A stretch of DNA of 64,000 nt, taken from the NCBI GenBank assembly GCA_964016885.1, contig OZ024740.1, forward strand, positions 15,624,001 through 15,688,000. Direction: 5' to 3'. The notes beneath the pieces were generated by a model, which was given only the letters and a program-made list of their open reading frames with translations, made no database searches and was not told where the DNA came from. The translations under genes and the position numbers were made by a program. Shown here in pieces: positions 39,401-54,400 of this stretch (position 1 is its first letter; each line of letters begins with the position of its first letter). The DNA comes from Eledone cirrhosa. Lineage: Eukaryota.

Positions 39401-42400
39401 ATGTGTGTGTGAGTGTATGTGTGTGATTGTATGTGAGAGCGTATATGTGTGTGAGTGTATGTGTGTGAGTGTATGTGTTAGTGTATGTGTCTGTGAGTGT
39501 ATGTGTGTGTGAGTATATGTGTGTGTGAGTGCATGTCTGTGTGAGTGTATGTGTCAGTGTATGTGTGTGTGAGTGTATGTGTGTGTGAGTGTATGTGTGT
39601 CTGAGTGTATGTGTGAGCGTATATGTGTGAGTGTATGTGTGTGAGTGTATGTGTGTATGTGTGTATGAGTGCATGTGTGTGTGAGTGTATGTGTCAGTGT
39701 ATGTGTGTGTGAGTGTATGTGTGTGTGAGTGTATGTGTGTCTGAGTGTATGTGTGAGCGTATATGTGTGAGTGTATGTGTGTGAGTGTATGTGTGTATGA
39801 GAGCATGTGTGTATGAGTGTATGTGTCAGTGTATGTGTGTGTGAGTGTATGTGTGTGTGTGTGTATGTGTGTGTGAATGTGTGTGTGAGTGTAGGTCTAT
39901 GTGTGTGTGAGTGTATGTGAGATTGAATTTGTGTGTGAGTGTGTGTGTGTGTGAGTGTATGTGTGTGTGAGTGTATGTGAGAGCGTATGTGTGTGTTAGT
40001 GTGAGTGTGTGTGAGTGTATGTGTGTGTGAGTGAATGTTGGAGCCTATGTGTGTGTGAGTGTGAGTGTGTGTGAGTGTATGTGTGTGTGAGTGAATGTTG
40101 GAGCCTATGTGTGTGTGAGTGTGAGTGTGTGTGAGTGTATGTGTGTGTGAGTGTATGTGAATGTGAGTGGATGTGTGGGTGTATGTGTGTGTGAGTGTAT
40201 GTGTGTGTGAGTGTATCTGTGTGTGAGTGGATGTGTGAGCGTATATGTGTGTGACTGTATGTGTGAGTGTATGTGTGTGAGAGTGTATGTGTGTGTGAGT
40301 GTATGTGTATGTGAGTGGATGTGTGAGTTTATGTGTGTGTGTGTGTGTTTGAGTGTATGTGTGTGTGAGTGTATCTGTGTGTGAGTGTATGTGTGTCTGT
40401 GTGAGTGTATGTGAGAGCGTATATTTGTGTGAGTGTATATGTGTGAGTGTATGTGTGAGTGTATGTGAGTGTATGTGTGTGTGAGTGTATGGGTGTGTGA
40501 GTGTATGTGTGTGTGAGTGTATGTGTGTGAGAGCGTATGTGTGTGTGAGTGTATGTGAGAGCGTATATGTGTGTGAGTGTATGTGTGTGTGAGTGTATGT
40601 GTGTGTGAGTGTATGTGAGAGCGTATATGTGTGTGAGTGTATGTGTGTGAGTGTATGTGTGACTGTATGTGTGTGTGAGTGTATGTGTGTGTGAGTGTAT
40701 GTGTCAGTGTATGTGTGTGTGAGTGTATGTGAGAGCGCATGTGTGTGTGAGTGTATGTGTGTGTGAGTGTATGTGTGAGTGTATGTGTGTGTGAGTGTAT
40801 GTGTGTGTGAGTGTATGTGTGTGTGAGTGTATGTGTGTGAGACTGTATGTGTGTGTGAGTGTATGTGTGTCTGAGTGTATGTGTGAGCGTATATGTGTGA
40901 GTGTATGTGTGTGTGAGTGTATGTGAGAGCGTATATGTGTGTGAGTGTATGTGTGTGAATGTATGTGTGACTGTATGTGTGTGTGAGCGTATGTGTGTGT
41001 GAGTAATTTGTCAGTGTATGTGTGTATGAGTGTATGTGAGAGCGCATGTGTGTGTGAGTGTATATGTGTGTGAGTGTATGTGTGAGTGCATGTGTGTGTG
41101 AGTGTATGTGTGTGTGAGTATGTGTGTGTGAGTGTATGTGTGTGTCAGTGTGTGTGAGTGTATGTGTGAGTATATGTGTGTGAGAGTGTATGTGCGAGTG
41201 AATGTGTGTGTGAGTGTATGTGTGTGTTAGTGTATGTGTGTCTGAGTGTATGTGAGAGCGTATGTGTGAGTGTAGGTGTGAGTGTATGAGTGAGTGTATG
41301 TGTGTGTGAGAGTATGTGAGAACGTATATGTGTGTGAGTCTATATATGTGAGTGTATGTGTGAGTGTATGTGTCTGTGATTGTATGTGTGTGAGAGCGTA
41401 TGTGTGTGTGAGTATATGTGTGTGTGAGTGTATGTGTGAGTGTATGTGTGTGAGAGTGTATGTGTGAGTGTATGTGTGTGAGAGCGTATGTGTGTGTGAG
41501 TGTATGTGAGAGCGTATATGTGTGTGTGAGTGTATGTGTGTGAGTGTATGTGTGAGTGTGTGTGTGAGTGTATGTGTGTGAGAGTGTATGTGTGTGTGAG
41601 TGTATGTGAGAGCGCATATGTGTGTGAGTGTATGTGTGTGAGTGTATGTGCTAGTGTATGTGTCTGTGTGTGTATGTGTGTGTGAGTGTATGTGTGTGTG
41701 AGTGTATCTGAGAGCGTATATGTGTGTGAGTGTATGTGTCAGTGTATGTGTGTGTGAGTGTATGTGAGAGCGCATGTGCGTGTGAGTTTATGTGTGTGTG
41801 AGTGTATGTGTGAGTGTATGTGTGTGAGAGTGTATGTGTGTGTGAGTGTATGTGTGTGTGAGTGTATTTGTGTGTGAGTGTATGTGTGTGAGAGTGTATG
41901 TGTGTGTGAGTGTATATGTGTGTGAGTGTATGTGTGAGCGTAAATGTGTGAGTGTATATGTGTGAGTGTATGTGTGAGTGTATGTGTGTGTGAATGTATG
42001 TGTGTGTGAGTGTATGTGTGTGAGAGTGTATGTGAGTGTGAATGTGTGTGTGACTGTATTTATGTGTCAGTGTATGCGTGTGTGAGTGTATGTTAGAGCG
42101 TATGTGTGAGTGTATGTGTGTGTGAGTGTATGTGTGTGTGGGTGTATGTGTGTGTGAGTGTATGTGTGTATGAGTGTATGTGAGAGTGAAATTTTTTATT
42201 GAGTGTATGTGTGTGTGAGTATATGTGTCTGTAAGTGTATGTGAGAGCGTATGTGTGTGTGAGTATATGTGTGTGTGAGTGTATGTGTGTGTGAGTGTAT
42301 GTGAGAGCGTATGTGTGTAGGAGTGTATGAGTGCGTGAGTGTATGTGTGAGTGTATGTGTGTGTGAGTGTATGTGTGTGTGAGTGTATGTGAGAGCGCAT

Positions 42401-45400
42401 GTGTGTGTGAGTGTATGTGTGTGTGAGTGTATGTGTGAGTGTATGTGTGTGGGAGTGTATGTGTGTGTGAGCGTATGTGTGTGTGAGTGTATGTGTGTGT
42501 GAGTGTATGTGTGTGAGAGTGTATGTGAGAGTGAATGTGTGTGTGAGTGTATGTGTGTGTGAGTGTGAGTGTGTGTGAATGTATGTGTGTGTGAGTGTAT
42601 GTGTGTGTGAGTGTATGTGTGTGTGAGTGTATGTGTCAGTGTATGTGTGTGTGAGTGTATGTGAGAGCGCATATGTGTGTGAGTGTATGTGTGAGTGTAT
42701 GTGAGAGCGTATATGTGTGTGAGTGTACGTGTGTGAGTGTATGTGTGAGTGCATGTGTGTGAGAGCGTATGTGTGTGTGAGTATATGTGTGTGTGAGTGT
42801 ATGTGTGTGTGAGTGTATGTGTCAGTGTGTGTGTTAGCGTGAGTGTGTGTGAGTGTATGTGTGTCTGAGGGTATGTGAGAGCGTATGTGTGTGTGAGTGT
42901 GTGTGAGTGTGAGTTTGTGTGAGTGTATGTGTGTGAGTGTATGTGTGAGTGTGTGTGAGTGTATGTGTGTGTGAGTGTATGTGTGTGTGAGTGTATGTGT
43001 GTGAGTGTATGTGTGAGTGTATGTTTGTGTGAGTGTATGTGTGTGTGTGAGTGTATGTGAGAGAGTATATGTGTGTGAGTGTATGTGTGTGAGTGTATGT
43101 TTGAGTCTATGTGTGTGTGAGTGTATGTGTGTGTGAGTGTATGTGTGTGTGAGTGTATGTGTGTGTGAGTGTATGTGTGTGAGTGTGTATGTGCGACTGT
43201 ATGTGTGTGTGAGTGTATGTGTGTGTGAGTGTATGTGAGAGCGTATATGTGTGTGACTGTATGTGTGAGTGTATGTGTGTGAGAGTGTATGTGTGTGTGA
43301 GTGTATGTGAGAGTGAATGTGTGTGTGAGTGTATGTGTGTTTGAGTGTATGTGTGTGTGAGTGAATGTTGGAGCCTATGTGTGTGTGAGTGTGAGTGTGT
43401 GTGAGTGTATGTGTGTGTGAGTGAATGTTGGAGCCTATGTGTGTGTGAGTGTGAGTGTGTGTGAGTGTATGTGTGTGTGAGTGTATGTGAATGTGAGTGG
43501 ATGTGTGGGTCTATGTGTGTGTGAGTGTATGTGTGTGTGAGTGTATCTGTGTGTGAGTGGATGTGTGAGCGTATATGTGTGTGACTGTATGTGTGAGTGT
43601 ATGTGTGTGAGAGTGTATGTGTGTGTGAGTGTATGTGTATGTGAGTGGATGTGTGAGTTTATGTGTGTGTGTGTGTGTTTGAGTGTATGTGTGTGTGAGT
43701 GTATCTGTGTGTGAGTGTATGTGTGTCTGTGTGAGTGTATGTGAGAGCGTATATTTGTGTGAGTGTATATGTGTGAGTGTATGTGTGAGTGTATGTGAGT
43801 GTATGTGTGTGTGAGTGTATGGGTGTGTGAGTGTATGTGTGTGTGAGTGTATGTGTGTGAGAGCGTATGTGTGTGTGAGTGTATGTGAGAGCGTATATGT
43901 GTGTGAGTGTATGTGTGTGTGAGTGTATGTGTGTGTGAGTGTATGTGAATGTGAGTGGATGTGTGGGTGTATGTGTGTGTGAGTGTATGTGTGTGTGAGA
44001 GTATGTGAGAACGTATATGTGTGTGAGTCTATATGTGTGAGTGTATGTGTGAGTGTATGTGTCTGTGAGTGTATGTGTGTGAGAGCGTATGTGTTTTTGA
44101 GTATATGTGTGTGTGAGTGTATGTGTGAGTGTATGTGTGTGAGAGTGTATGTGTGAGTGTATGTGTGTGAGAGCGTATGTGAGTGTGAGTGTATGTGAGA
44201 GCGTATATGTGTGTGTGAGTGTATGTGTGTGAGTGTATGTGTGAGTGTGTGTGTGAGTGTATGTGTGTGAGAGTGTATGTGTGTGTGAGTGTATGTGAGA
44301 GCGCATATGTGTGTGAGTGTATGTGTGTGAGTGTATGTGCTAGTGTATGTGTCTGTGTGTGTATGTGTGTGTGAGTGTATGTGTGTGTGAGTGTATCTGA
44401 GAGCGTATATGTGTGTGAGTGTATGTGTCAGTGTATGTGTGTGTGAGTGTATGTGAGAGCGCATGTGTGTGTGAGTTTATGTGTGTGTGAGTGTATGTGT
44501 GAGTGTATGTGTGTGAGAGTGTATGTGTGTGTGAGTGTATGTGTGTGTGAGTGTATTTGTGTGTGAGTGTATGTGTGTGAGAGTGTATGTGTGTGTGAGT
44601 GTATATGTGTGTGAGTGTATGTGTGAGCGTAAATGTGTGAGTGTATATGTGTGAGTGTATGTGTGAGTGTATGTGTGTGTGAATGTATGTGTGTGTGAGT
44701 GTATGTGTGTGAGAGTGTATGTGAGTGTGAATGTGTGTGTGACTGTATTTATGTGTCAGTGTATGCGTGTGTGAGTGTATGTTAGAGCGTATGTGTGAGT
44801 GTATGTGTGTGTGAGTGTATGTGTGTGTGGGTGTATGTGTGTGTGAGTGTATGTGTGTATGAGTGTATGTGAGAGTGAAATTTTTTATTGAGTGTATGTG
44901 TGTGTAAGTATATGTGTCTGTAAGTGTATGTGAGAGCGTATGTGTGTGTGAGTATATGTGTGTGTGAGTGTATGTGTGTGTGAGTGTATGTGAGAGCGTA
45001 TGTGTGTAGGAGTGTATGAGTGCGTGAGTGTATGTGTGAGTGTATGTGTGTGTGAGTGTATGTGTGTGTGAGTGTATGTGAGAGCGCATGTGTGTGTGAG
45101 TGTATGTGTGTGTGAGTGTATGTGTGAGTGTATGTGTGTGGGAGTGTATGTGTGTGTGAGCGTATGTGTGTGTGAGTGTATGTGTGTGTGAGTGTATGTG
45201 TGTGAGAGTGTATGTGAGAGTGAATGTGTGTGTGAGTGTATGTGTGTGTGAGTGTGAGTGTGTGTGAATGTATGTGTGTGTGAGTGTATGTGTGTGTGAG
45301 TGTATGTGTGTGTGAGTGTATGTGTCAGTGTATGTGTGTGTGAGTGTATGTGAGAGCGCATGTGTGTGTGAGTGTATGTGTGAGTGTATGTGAGAGCGTA

Positions 45401-48400
45401 TATGTGTGTGAGTGTACGTGTGTGAGTGTATGTGTGAGTGCATGTGTGTGAGAGCGTATGTGTGTGTGAGTATATGTGTGTGTGAGTGTATGTGTGTGTG
45501 AGTGTATGTGTCAGTGTGTGTGTTAGCGTGAGTGTGTGTGAGTGTATGTGTGTCTGAGGGTATGTGAGAGCGTATGTGTGTGTGAGTGTGTGTGAGTGTG
45601 AGTTTGTGTGAGTGTATGTGTGTGAGTGTATGTGTGAGTGTGTGTGAGTGTCTGTGTGTGTGAGTGTATGTGTGTGTGAGTGTATGTGTGTGAGTGTATG
45701 TGTGAGTGTATGTTTGTGTGAGTGTATGTGTGTGTGTGAGTGTATGTGAGAGAGTATATGTGTGTGAGTGTATGTGTGTGAGTGTATGTGTGAGTGTATG
45801 TGTGTGTGAGTGTATGTGTGTGTGAGTGTATGTGTGTGTGAGTGTATGTGTGTGTGAGTGTATGTGTGTGAGTGTGTATGTGCGACTGTATGTGTGTGTG
45901 AGTGTATGTGTGTGTGAGTGTATGTGAGAGCGTATATGTGTGTGAGTGTATGTGTGAGTGTATGTGTGTGAGAGTGTATGTGTGTGTGAGTGTATGTGAG
46001 AGTGAATGTGTGTGTGAGTGTATGTGTGTTTGAGTGTATGTGTGTGTGAGTGAATGTTGGAGCCTATGTGTGTGTGAGTGTGAGTGTGTGTGAGTGTATG
46101 TGTGTGTGAGTGAATGTTGGAGCCTATGTGTGTGTGAGTGTGAGTGTGTGTGAGTGTATGTGTGTGTGAGTGTATGTGAATGTGAGTGGATGTGTGGGTG
46201 TATGTGTGTGTGAGTGTATGTGTGTGTGAGTGTATCTGTGTGTGAGTGGATGTGTGAGCGTATATGTGTGTGACTGTATGTGTGAGTGTATGTGTGTGAG
46301 AGTGTATGTGTGTGTGAGTGTATGTGTATGTGAGTGGATGTGTGAGTTTATGTGTGTGTGTGTGTGTTTGAGTGTATGTGTGTGTGAGTGTATCTGTGTG
46401 TGAGTGTATGTGTGTCTGTGTGAGTGTATGTGAGAGCGTATATTTGTGTGAGTGTATATGTGTGAGTGTATGTGTGAGTGTATGTGAGTGTATGTGTGTG
46501 TGAGTGTATGGGTGTGTGAGTGTATGTGTGTGTGAGTGTATGTGTGTGAGAGCGTATGTGTGTGTGAGTGTATGTGAGAGCGTATATGTGTGTGAGTGTA
46601 TGTGTGTGTGAGTGTATGTGTGTGTGAGTGTATGTGAATGTGAGTGGATGTGTGGGTGTATGTGTGTGTGAGTGTATGTGTGTGTGAGTGTATCTGTGTG
46701 TGAGTGGATGTGTGAGCGTATATGTGTGTGACTGTATGTGTGAGTGTATGTGTGTGAGAGTGTATGTGTGTGTGAGTGTATGTGTATGTGAGTGGATGTG
46801 TGAGTTTATGTGTGTGTGTGTGTGTTTGAGTGTATGTGTGTGTGAGTGTATCTGTGTGTGAGTGTATGTGTGTCTGTGTGAGTGTATGTGAGAGCGTATA
46901 TTTGTGTGAGTGTATATGTGTGAGTGTATGTGTGAGTGTATGTGAGTGTATGTGTGTGTGAGTGTATGGGTGTGTGAGTGTATGTGTGTGTGAGTGTATG
47001 TGTGTGAGAGCGTATGTGTGTGTGAGTGTATGTGAGAGCGTATATGTGTGTGAGTGTATGTGTGTGTGAGTGTATGTGTGTGTGAGTGTATGTGAGAGCG
47101 TATATGTGTGTGAGTGTATGTGTGTGAGTGTATGTGTGACTGTATGTGTGTGTGAGTGTATGTGTGTGTGAGTGTATGTGTCAGTGTATGTGTGTGTGAG
47201 TGTATGTGAGAGCGCATGTGTGTGTGAGTGTATGTGTGTGTGAGTGTATGTGTGAGTGTATGTGTGTGTGAGTGTATGTGTGTGTGAGTGTATGTGTGTG
47301 TGAGTGTATGTGTGTGAGACTGTATGTGTGTGTGAGTGTATGTGTGTCTGAGTGTATGTGTGAGCGTATATGTGTGAGTGTATGTGTGTGTGAGTGTATG
47401 TGAGAGCGTATATGTGTGTGAGTGTATGTGTGTGAGTGTATGTGTGACTGTATGTGTGTGTGAGCGTATGTGTGTGTGAGTAATTTGTCAGTGTATGTGT
47501 GTATGAGTGTATGTGAGAGCGCATGTGTGTGTGAGTGTATATGTGTGTGAGTGTATGTGTGAGTGCATGTGTGTGTGAGTGTATGTGTGTGTGAGTATGT
47601 GCGTGTGAGTGTATGTGTGTGTCAGTGTGTGTGAGTGTATGTGTGAGTATATGTGTGTGAGAGTGTATGTGCGAGTGAATGTGTGTGTGAGTGTATGTGT
47701 GTGTTAGTGTATGTGTGTCTGAGTGTATGTGAGAGCGTATGTGTGAGTGTATGTGTGTGAGTGTATGTGTGAGTGTATGTGTGTGTGAGAGTATGTGAGA
47801 ACGTATATGTGTGTGAGTCTATATGTGTGAGTGTATGTGTGAGTGTATGTGTCTGTGAGTGTATGTGTGTGAGAGCGTAAGTGTTTTTGAGTATATGTGT
47901 GTGTGAGTGTATGTGTGAGTGTATGTGTGTGAGAGTGTATGTGTGAGTGTATGTGTGTGAGAGCGTATGTGAGTGTGAGTGTATGTGAGAGCGTATATGT
48001 GTGTGTGAGTGTATGTGTGTGAGTGTATGTGTGAGTGTGTGTGTGAGTGTATGTGTGTGAGAGTGTATGTGTGTGTGAGTGTATGTGAGAGCGCATATGT
48101 GTGTGAGTGTATGTGTGTGAGTGTATGTGCTAGTGTATGTGTCTGTGTGTGTATGTGTGTGTGAGTGTATGTGTGTGTGAGTGTATCTGAGAGCGTATAT
48201 GTGTGTGAGTGTATGTGTCAGTGTATGTGTGTGTGAGTGTATGTGAGAGCGCATGTGTGTGTGAGTTTATGTGTGTGTGAGTGTATGTGTGAGTGTATGT
48301 GTGTGAGAGTGTATGTGTGTGTGAGTGTATGTGTGTGTGAGTGTATTTGTGTGTGAGTGTATGTGTGTGAGAGTGTATGTGTGTGTGAGTGTATATGTGT

Positions 48401-51400
48401 GTGAGTGTATGTGTGAGCGTAAATGTGTGAGTGTATATGTGTGAGTGTATGTGTGAGTGTATGTGTGTGTGAATGTATGTGTGTGTGAGTGTATGTGTGT
48501 GAGAGTGTATGTGAGTGTGAATGTGTGTGTGACTGTATTTATGTGTCAGTGTATGCGTGTGTGAGTGTATGTTAGAGCGTATGTGTGAGTGTATGTGTGT
48601 GTGAGTGTATGTGTGTGTGGGTGTATGTGTGTGTGAGTGTATGTGTGTATGAGTGTATGTGAGAGTGAAATTTTTTATTGAGTGTATGTGTGTGTGAGTA
48701 TATGTGTCTGTAAGTGTATGTGAGAGCGTATGTGTGTGTGAGTATATGTGTGTGTGAGTGTATGTGTGTGTGAGTGTATGTGAGAGCGTATGTGTGTAGG
48801 AGTGTATGAGTGCGTGAGTGTATGTGTGAGTGTATGTGTGTGTGAGTGTATGTGTGTGTGAGTGTATGTGAGAGCGCATGTGTGTGTGAGTGTATGTGTG
48901 TGTGAGTGTATGTGTGAGTGTATGTGTGTGGGAGTGTATGTGTGTGTGAGCGTATGTGTGTGTGAGTGTATGTGTGTGTGAGTGTATGTGTGTGAGAGTG
49001 TATGTGAGAGTGAATGTGTGTGTGAGTGTATGTGTGTGTGAGTGTGAGTGTGTGTGAATGTATGTGTGTGTGAGTGTATGTGTGTGTGAGTGTATGTGTG
49101 TGTGAGTGTATGTGTCAGTGTATGTGTGTGTGAGTGTATGTGAGAGCGCATGTGTGTGTGAGTGTATGTGTGAGTGTATGTGAGAGCGTATATGTGTGTG
49201 AGTGTACGTGTGTGAGTGTATGTGTGAGTGTATGTGTGTGAGAGCGTATGTGTGTGTGAGTATATGTGTGTGTGAGTGTATGTGTGTGTGAGTGTATGTG
49301 TCAGTGTGTGTGTTAGCGTGAGTGTGTGTGAGTGTATGTGTGTCTGAGGGTATGTGAGAGCGTATGTGTGTGTGAGTGTGTGTGAGTGTGAGTTTGTGTG
49401 AGTGTATGTGTGTGAGTGTATGTGTGAGTGTGTGTGAGTGTATGTGTGTGTGAGTGTATGTGTGTGTGAGTGTATGTGTGTGAGTGTATGTGTGAGTGTA
49501 TGTTTGTGTGAGTGTATGTGTGTGTGTGAGTGTATGTGAGAGAGTATATGTGTGTGAGTGTATGTGTGAGTGTATGTGTGTGTGAGTGTATGTGTGTGTG
49601 AGTGTATGTGTGTGTGAGTGTATGTGTGTGTGAGTGTATGTGTGTGAGTGTGTATGTGCGAGTGTATGTGTGTGTGAGTGTATGTGTGTGTGAGTGTATG
49701 TGAGAGCGTATATGTGTGTGACTGTATGTGTGAGTGTATGTGTGTGAGAGTGTATGTGTGTGTGAGTGTATGTGAGAGTGAATGTGTGTGTGAGTGTATG
49801 TGTGTTTGAGTGTATGTGTGTGTGAGTGAATGTTGGAGCCTATGTGTGTGTGAGTGTGAGTGTGTGTGAGTGTATGTGTGTGTGAGTGAATGTTGGAGCC
49901 TATGTGTGTGTGAGTGTGAGTGTGTGTGAGTGTATGTGTGTGTGAGTGTATGTGAATGTGAGTGGATGTGTGGGTGTATGTGTGTTTGAGTGTATGTGTG
50001 TGTGAGTGTATCTGTGTGTGAGTGGATGTGTGAGCGTATATGTGTGTGACTGTATGTGTGAGTGTATGTGTGTGAGAGTGTATGTGTGTGTGAGTGTATG
50101 TGTATGTGAGTGGATGTGTGAGTTTATGTGTGTGTGTGTGTGTTTGAGTGTATGTGTGTGTGAGTGTATCTGTGTGTGAGTGTATGTGTGTCTGTGTGAG
50201 TGTATGTGAGAGCGTATATTTGTGTGAGTGTATATGTGTGAGTGTATGTGTGAGTGTATGTGAGTGTATGTGTGTGTGAGTGTATGGGTGTGTGAGTGTA
50301 TGTGTGTGTGAGTGTATGTGTGTGAGAGCGTATGTGTGTGTGAGTGTATGTGAGAGCGTATATGTGTGTGAGTGTATGTGTGTGTGAGTGTATGTGTGTG
50401 TGAGTGTATGTGAATGTGAGTGGATGTGTGGGTGTATGTGTGTGTGAGTCTATGTGTGTGTGAGTGTATCTGTGTGTGAGTGGATGTGTGAGCGTATATG
50501 TGTGTGACTGTATGTGTGAGTGTATGTGTGTGAGAGTGTATGTGTGTGTGAGTGTATGTGTATGTGAGTGGATGTGTGAGTTTATGTGTGTGTGTGTGTG
50601 TTTGAGTGTATGTGTGTGTGAGTGTATCTGTGTGTGAGTGTATGTGTGTCTGTGTGAGTGTATGTGAGAGCGTATATTTGTGTGAGTGTATATGTGTGAG
50701 TGTATGTGTGAGTGTATGTGAGTGTATGTGTGTGTGAGTGTATGGGTGTGTGAGTGTATGTGTGTGTGAGTGTATGTGAGAGCGTATATGTGTGTGAGTG
50801 TATGTGTGTGTGAGTGTATGTGTGTGTGAGTGTATGTGAGAGCGTATATGTGTGTGAGTGTATGTGTGTGAGTGTATGTGTGACTGTATGTGTGTGTGAG
50901 TGTATGTGTGTGTGAGTGTATGTGTCAGTGTGTGTGTGTGAGTGTATGTGAGAGCGCATGTGTGTGTGAGTGTATGTGTGTGTGAGTGTATGTGTGAGTG
51001 TATGTGTGTGTGAGTGTATGTGTGTGTGAGTGTATGTGTGTGTGAGTGTATGTGTGTGAGACTGTATGTGTGTGTGAGTGTATGTGTGTCTGAGTGTATG
51101 TGTGAGCGTATATGTGTGAGTGTATGTGTGTGTGAGTGTATGTGAGAGCGTATATGTGTGTGAGTGTATGTGTGTGAGTGTATGTGTGACTGTATGTGTG
51201 TGTGAGCGTATGTGTGTGTGAGTAATTTGTCAGTGTATGTGTGTATGAGTGTATGTGAGAGCGCATGTGTGTGTGAGTGTATATGTGTGTGAGTGTATGT
51301 GTGAGTGCATGTGTGTGTGAGTGTATGTGTGTGTGAGTATGTGTGTGTGAGTGTATGTGTGTGTCAGTGTGTGTGAGTGTATGTGTGAGTATATGTGTGT

Positions 51401-54400
51401 GAGAGTGTATGTGCGAGTGAATGTGTGTGTGAGTGTATGTGTGTGTTAGTGTATGTGTGTCTGAGTGTATGTGAGAGCGTATGTGTGAGTGTATGTGTGT
51501 GAGTGTATGTGTGAGTGTATGTGTGTGTGAGAGTATGTGAGAACGTATATGTGTGTGAGTCTATATGTGTGAGTGTATGTGTGAGTGTATGTGTCTGTGA
51601 GTGTATGTGTGTGAGAGCGTATGTGTGTGTGAGTATATGTGTGTGTGAGTGTATGTGTGAGTGTATGTGTGTGAGAGTGTATGTGTGAGTGTATGTGTGT
51701 GAGAGCGTATGTGTGTGTGAGTGTATGTGAGAGCGTATATGTGTGTGAGTGTATGTGTGTGAGTGTATGTGTGAGTGTGTGTGTGAGTGTATGTGTGTGA
51801 GAGTGTATGTGTGTGTGAGTGTATGTGAGAGCGCATATGTGTGTGAGTGTATGTGTGTGAGTGTATGTGCTAGTGTATGTGTCTGTGTGTGTATGTGTGT
51901 GTGAGTGTATGTGTGTGTGAGTGTATCTGAGAGCGTATATGTGTGTGAGTGTATGTGTCAGTGTATGTGTGTGTGAGTGTATGTGAGAGCGCATGTGTGT
52001 GTGAGTTTATGTGTGTGTGAGTGTATGTGTGAGTGTATGTGTGTGAGAGTGTATGTGTGTGTGAGTGTATGTGTGTGTGAGTGTATTTGTGTGTGAGTGT
52101 ATGTGTGTGAGAGTGTATGTGTGTGTGAGTGTATATGTGTGTGAGTGTATGTGTGAGCGTAAATGTGTGAGTGTATATGTGTGAGTGTATGTGTGAGTGT
52201 ATGTGTGTGTGAATGTATGTGTGTGTGAGTGTATGTGTGTGAGAGTGTATGTGAGTGTGAATGTGTGTGTGACTGTATTTATGTGTCAGTGTATGCGTGT
52301 GTGAGTGTATGTTAGAGCGTATGTGTGAGTGTATGTGTGTGTGAGTGTATGTGTGTGTGGGTGTATGTGTGTGTGAGTGTATGTGTGTATGAGTGTATGT
52401 GAGAGTGAAATTTTTTATTGAGTGTATGTGTGTGTGAGTATATGTGTCTGTAAGTGTATGTGAGAGCGTATGTGTGTGTGAGTATATGTGTGTGTGAGTG
52501 TATGTGTGTGTGAGTGTATGTGAGAGCGTATGTGTGTAGGAGTGTATGAGTGCGTGAGTGTATGTGTGAGTGTATGTGTGTGTGAGTGTATGTGTGTGTG
52601 AGTGTATGTGAGAGCGCATGTGTGTGTGAGTGTATGTGTGTGTGAGTGTATGTGTGAGTGTATGTGTGTGGGAGTGTATGTGTGTGTGAGCGTATGTGTG
52701 TGTGAGTGTATGTGTGTGTGAGTGTATGTGTGTGAGAGTGTATGTGAGAGTGAATGTGTGTGTGAGTGTATGTGTGTGTGAGTGTGAGTGTGTGTGAATG
52801 TATGTGTGTGTGAGTGTATGTGTGTGTGAGTGTATGTGTGTGTGAGTGTATGTGTCAGTGTATGTGTGTGTGAGTGTATGTGAGAGCGCATGTGTGTGTG
52901 AGTGTATGTGTGAGTGTATGTGAGAGCGTATATGTGTGTGAGTGTACGTGTGTGAGTGTATGTGTGAGTGTATGTGTGTGAGAGCGTATGTGTGTGTGAG
53001 TATATGTGTGTGTGAGTGTATGTGTGTGTGAGTGTATGTGTCAGTGTGTGTGTTAGCGTGAGTGTGTGTGAGTGTATGTGTGTCTGAGGGTATGTGAGAG
53101 CGTATGTGTGTGTGAGTGTGTGTGAGTGTGAGTTTGTGTGAGTGTATGTGTGTGAGTGTATGTGTGAGTGTGTGTGAGTGTATGTGTGTGTGAGTGTATG
53201 TGTGTGTGAGTGTATGTGTGTGAGTGTATGTGTGAGTGTATGTTTGTGTGAGTGTATGTGTGTGAGTGTATGTGAGAGAGTATATGTGTGTGAGTGTATG
53301 TGTGTGAGTGTATGTGTGAGTGTATGTGTGTGTGAGTGTATGTGTGTGTGAGTGTATGTGTGTGTGAGTGTATGTGTGTGAGTGTGTATGTGCGAGTGTA
53401 TGTGTGTGTGAGTGTATGTGTGTGTGAGTGTATGTGAGAGCGTATATGTGTGTGACTGTATGTGTGAGTGTATGTGTGTGAGAGTGTATGTGTGTGTGAG
53501 TGTATGTGAGAGTGAATGTGTGTGTGAGTGTATGTGTGTTTGAGTGTATGTGTGTGTGAGTGTATGTGAGAGCGTATCTGTGTATGAGTGTATGTGTGCG
53601 TGAGTGTATGTGTATGTGTATGTGTGTGTGAGTGTAGGTGTGTGTGAGTGTATGTGAGAGCGTAGGTGTGTGTTAGTGTGAGTGTGTGTGAGTGTATGTG
53701 TGTGTGAGTGAAAGTGAGAGCCTATGTGTGTGTGAGTGTGAGTGTGTGTGGGTGTATGTGTGAGTGTATGTGTATGTGAGTGGATGTGTGGGTGTATGTG
53801 TGTGTGTGTGTGATTGTATGTGTGTGTGAGTGTATCTGTGTGTGAGTGTATGCGAGAGCGTATATGTGTGTGAGTGTATGTGTGTGAGTGTATGTGTGAG
53901 TGTATGTGTGTGAGAGCGTATGTGAGAGCGCATGTGTGTGTGAGTATATGTGTGTGTGAGTGTATGTGTGTGTGAGTGTATGTGTCAGTGTATGTGTGTG
54001 TGAGTGTATGTGAGAGCGCATGTGTGTGTGAGTGTATGTGTGTGTGAGTGTATGTGTTAATGTATATGTGTGTGAGTGTATGTGTGTGTGAGTGTATGTG
54101 TGTCTGAGTGTATGTGTGAGCGTATATGTGTGAGTGTATGTGTGTGAGTGTATGTGTGTATGAGTGCATGTGTGTGTGAGTGTATGTGTCAGTGTATGTG
54201 TGTGTGAGTGTATGTGTGTGTGAGTGTATGTGTGTCTGAGTGTATGTGTGAGCGTATATGTGTGAGTGTATGTGTGTGAGTGTATGTGTGTATCAGAGCA
54301 TGTGTGTATGAGTGTATGTGTCAGTGTATGTGTGTGTGAGTGTATGTGTGTGTGAGTGTATGTGTGTGTGAGTGTATGTGAGAGCGTATGTGTGTGTTAG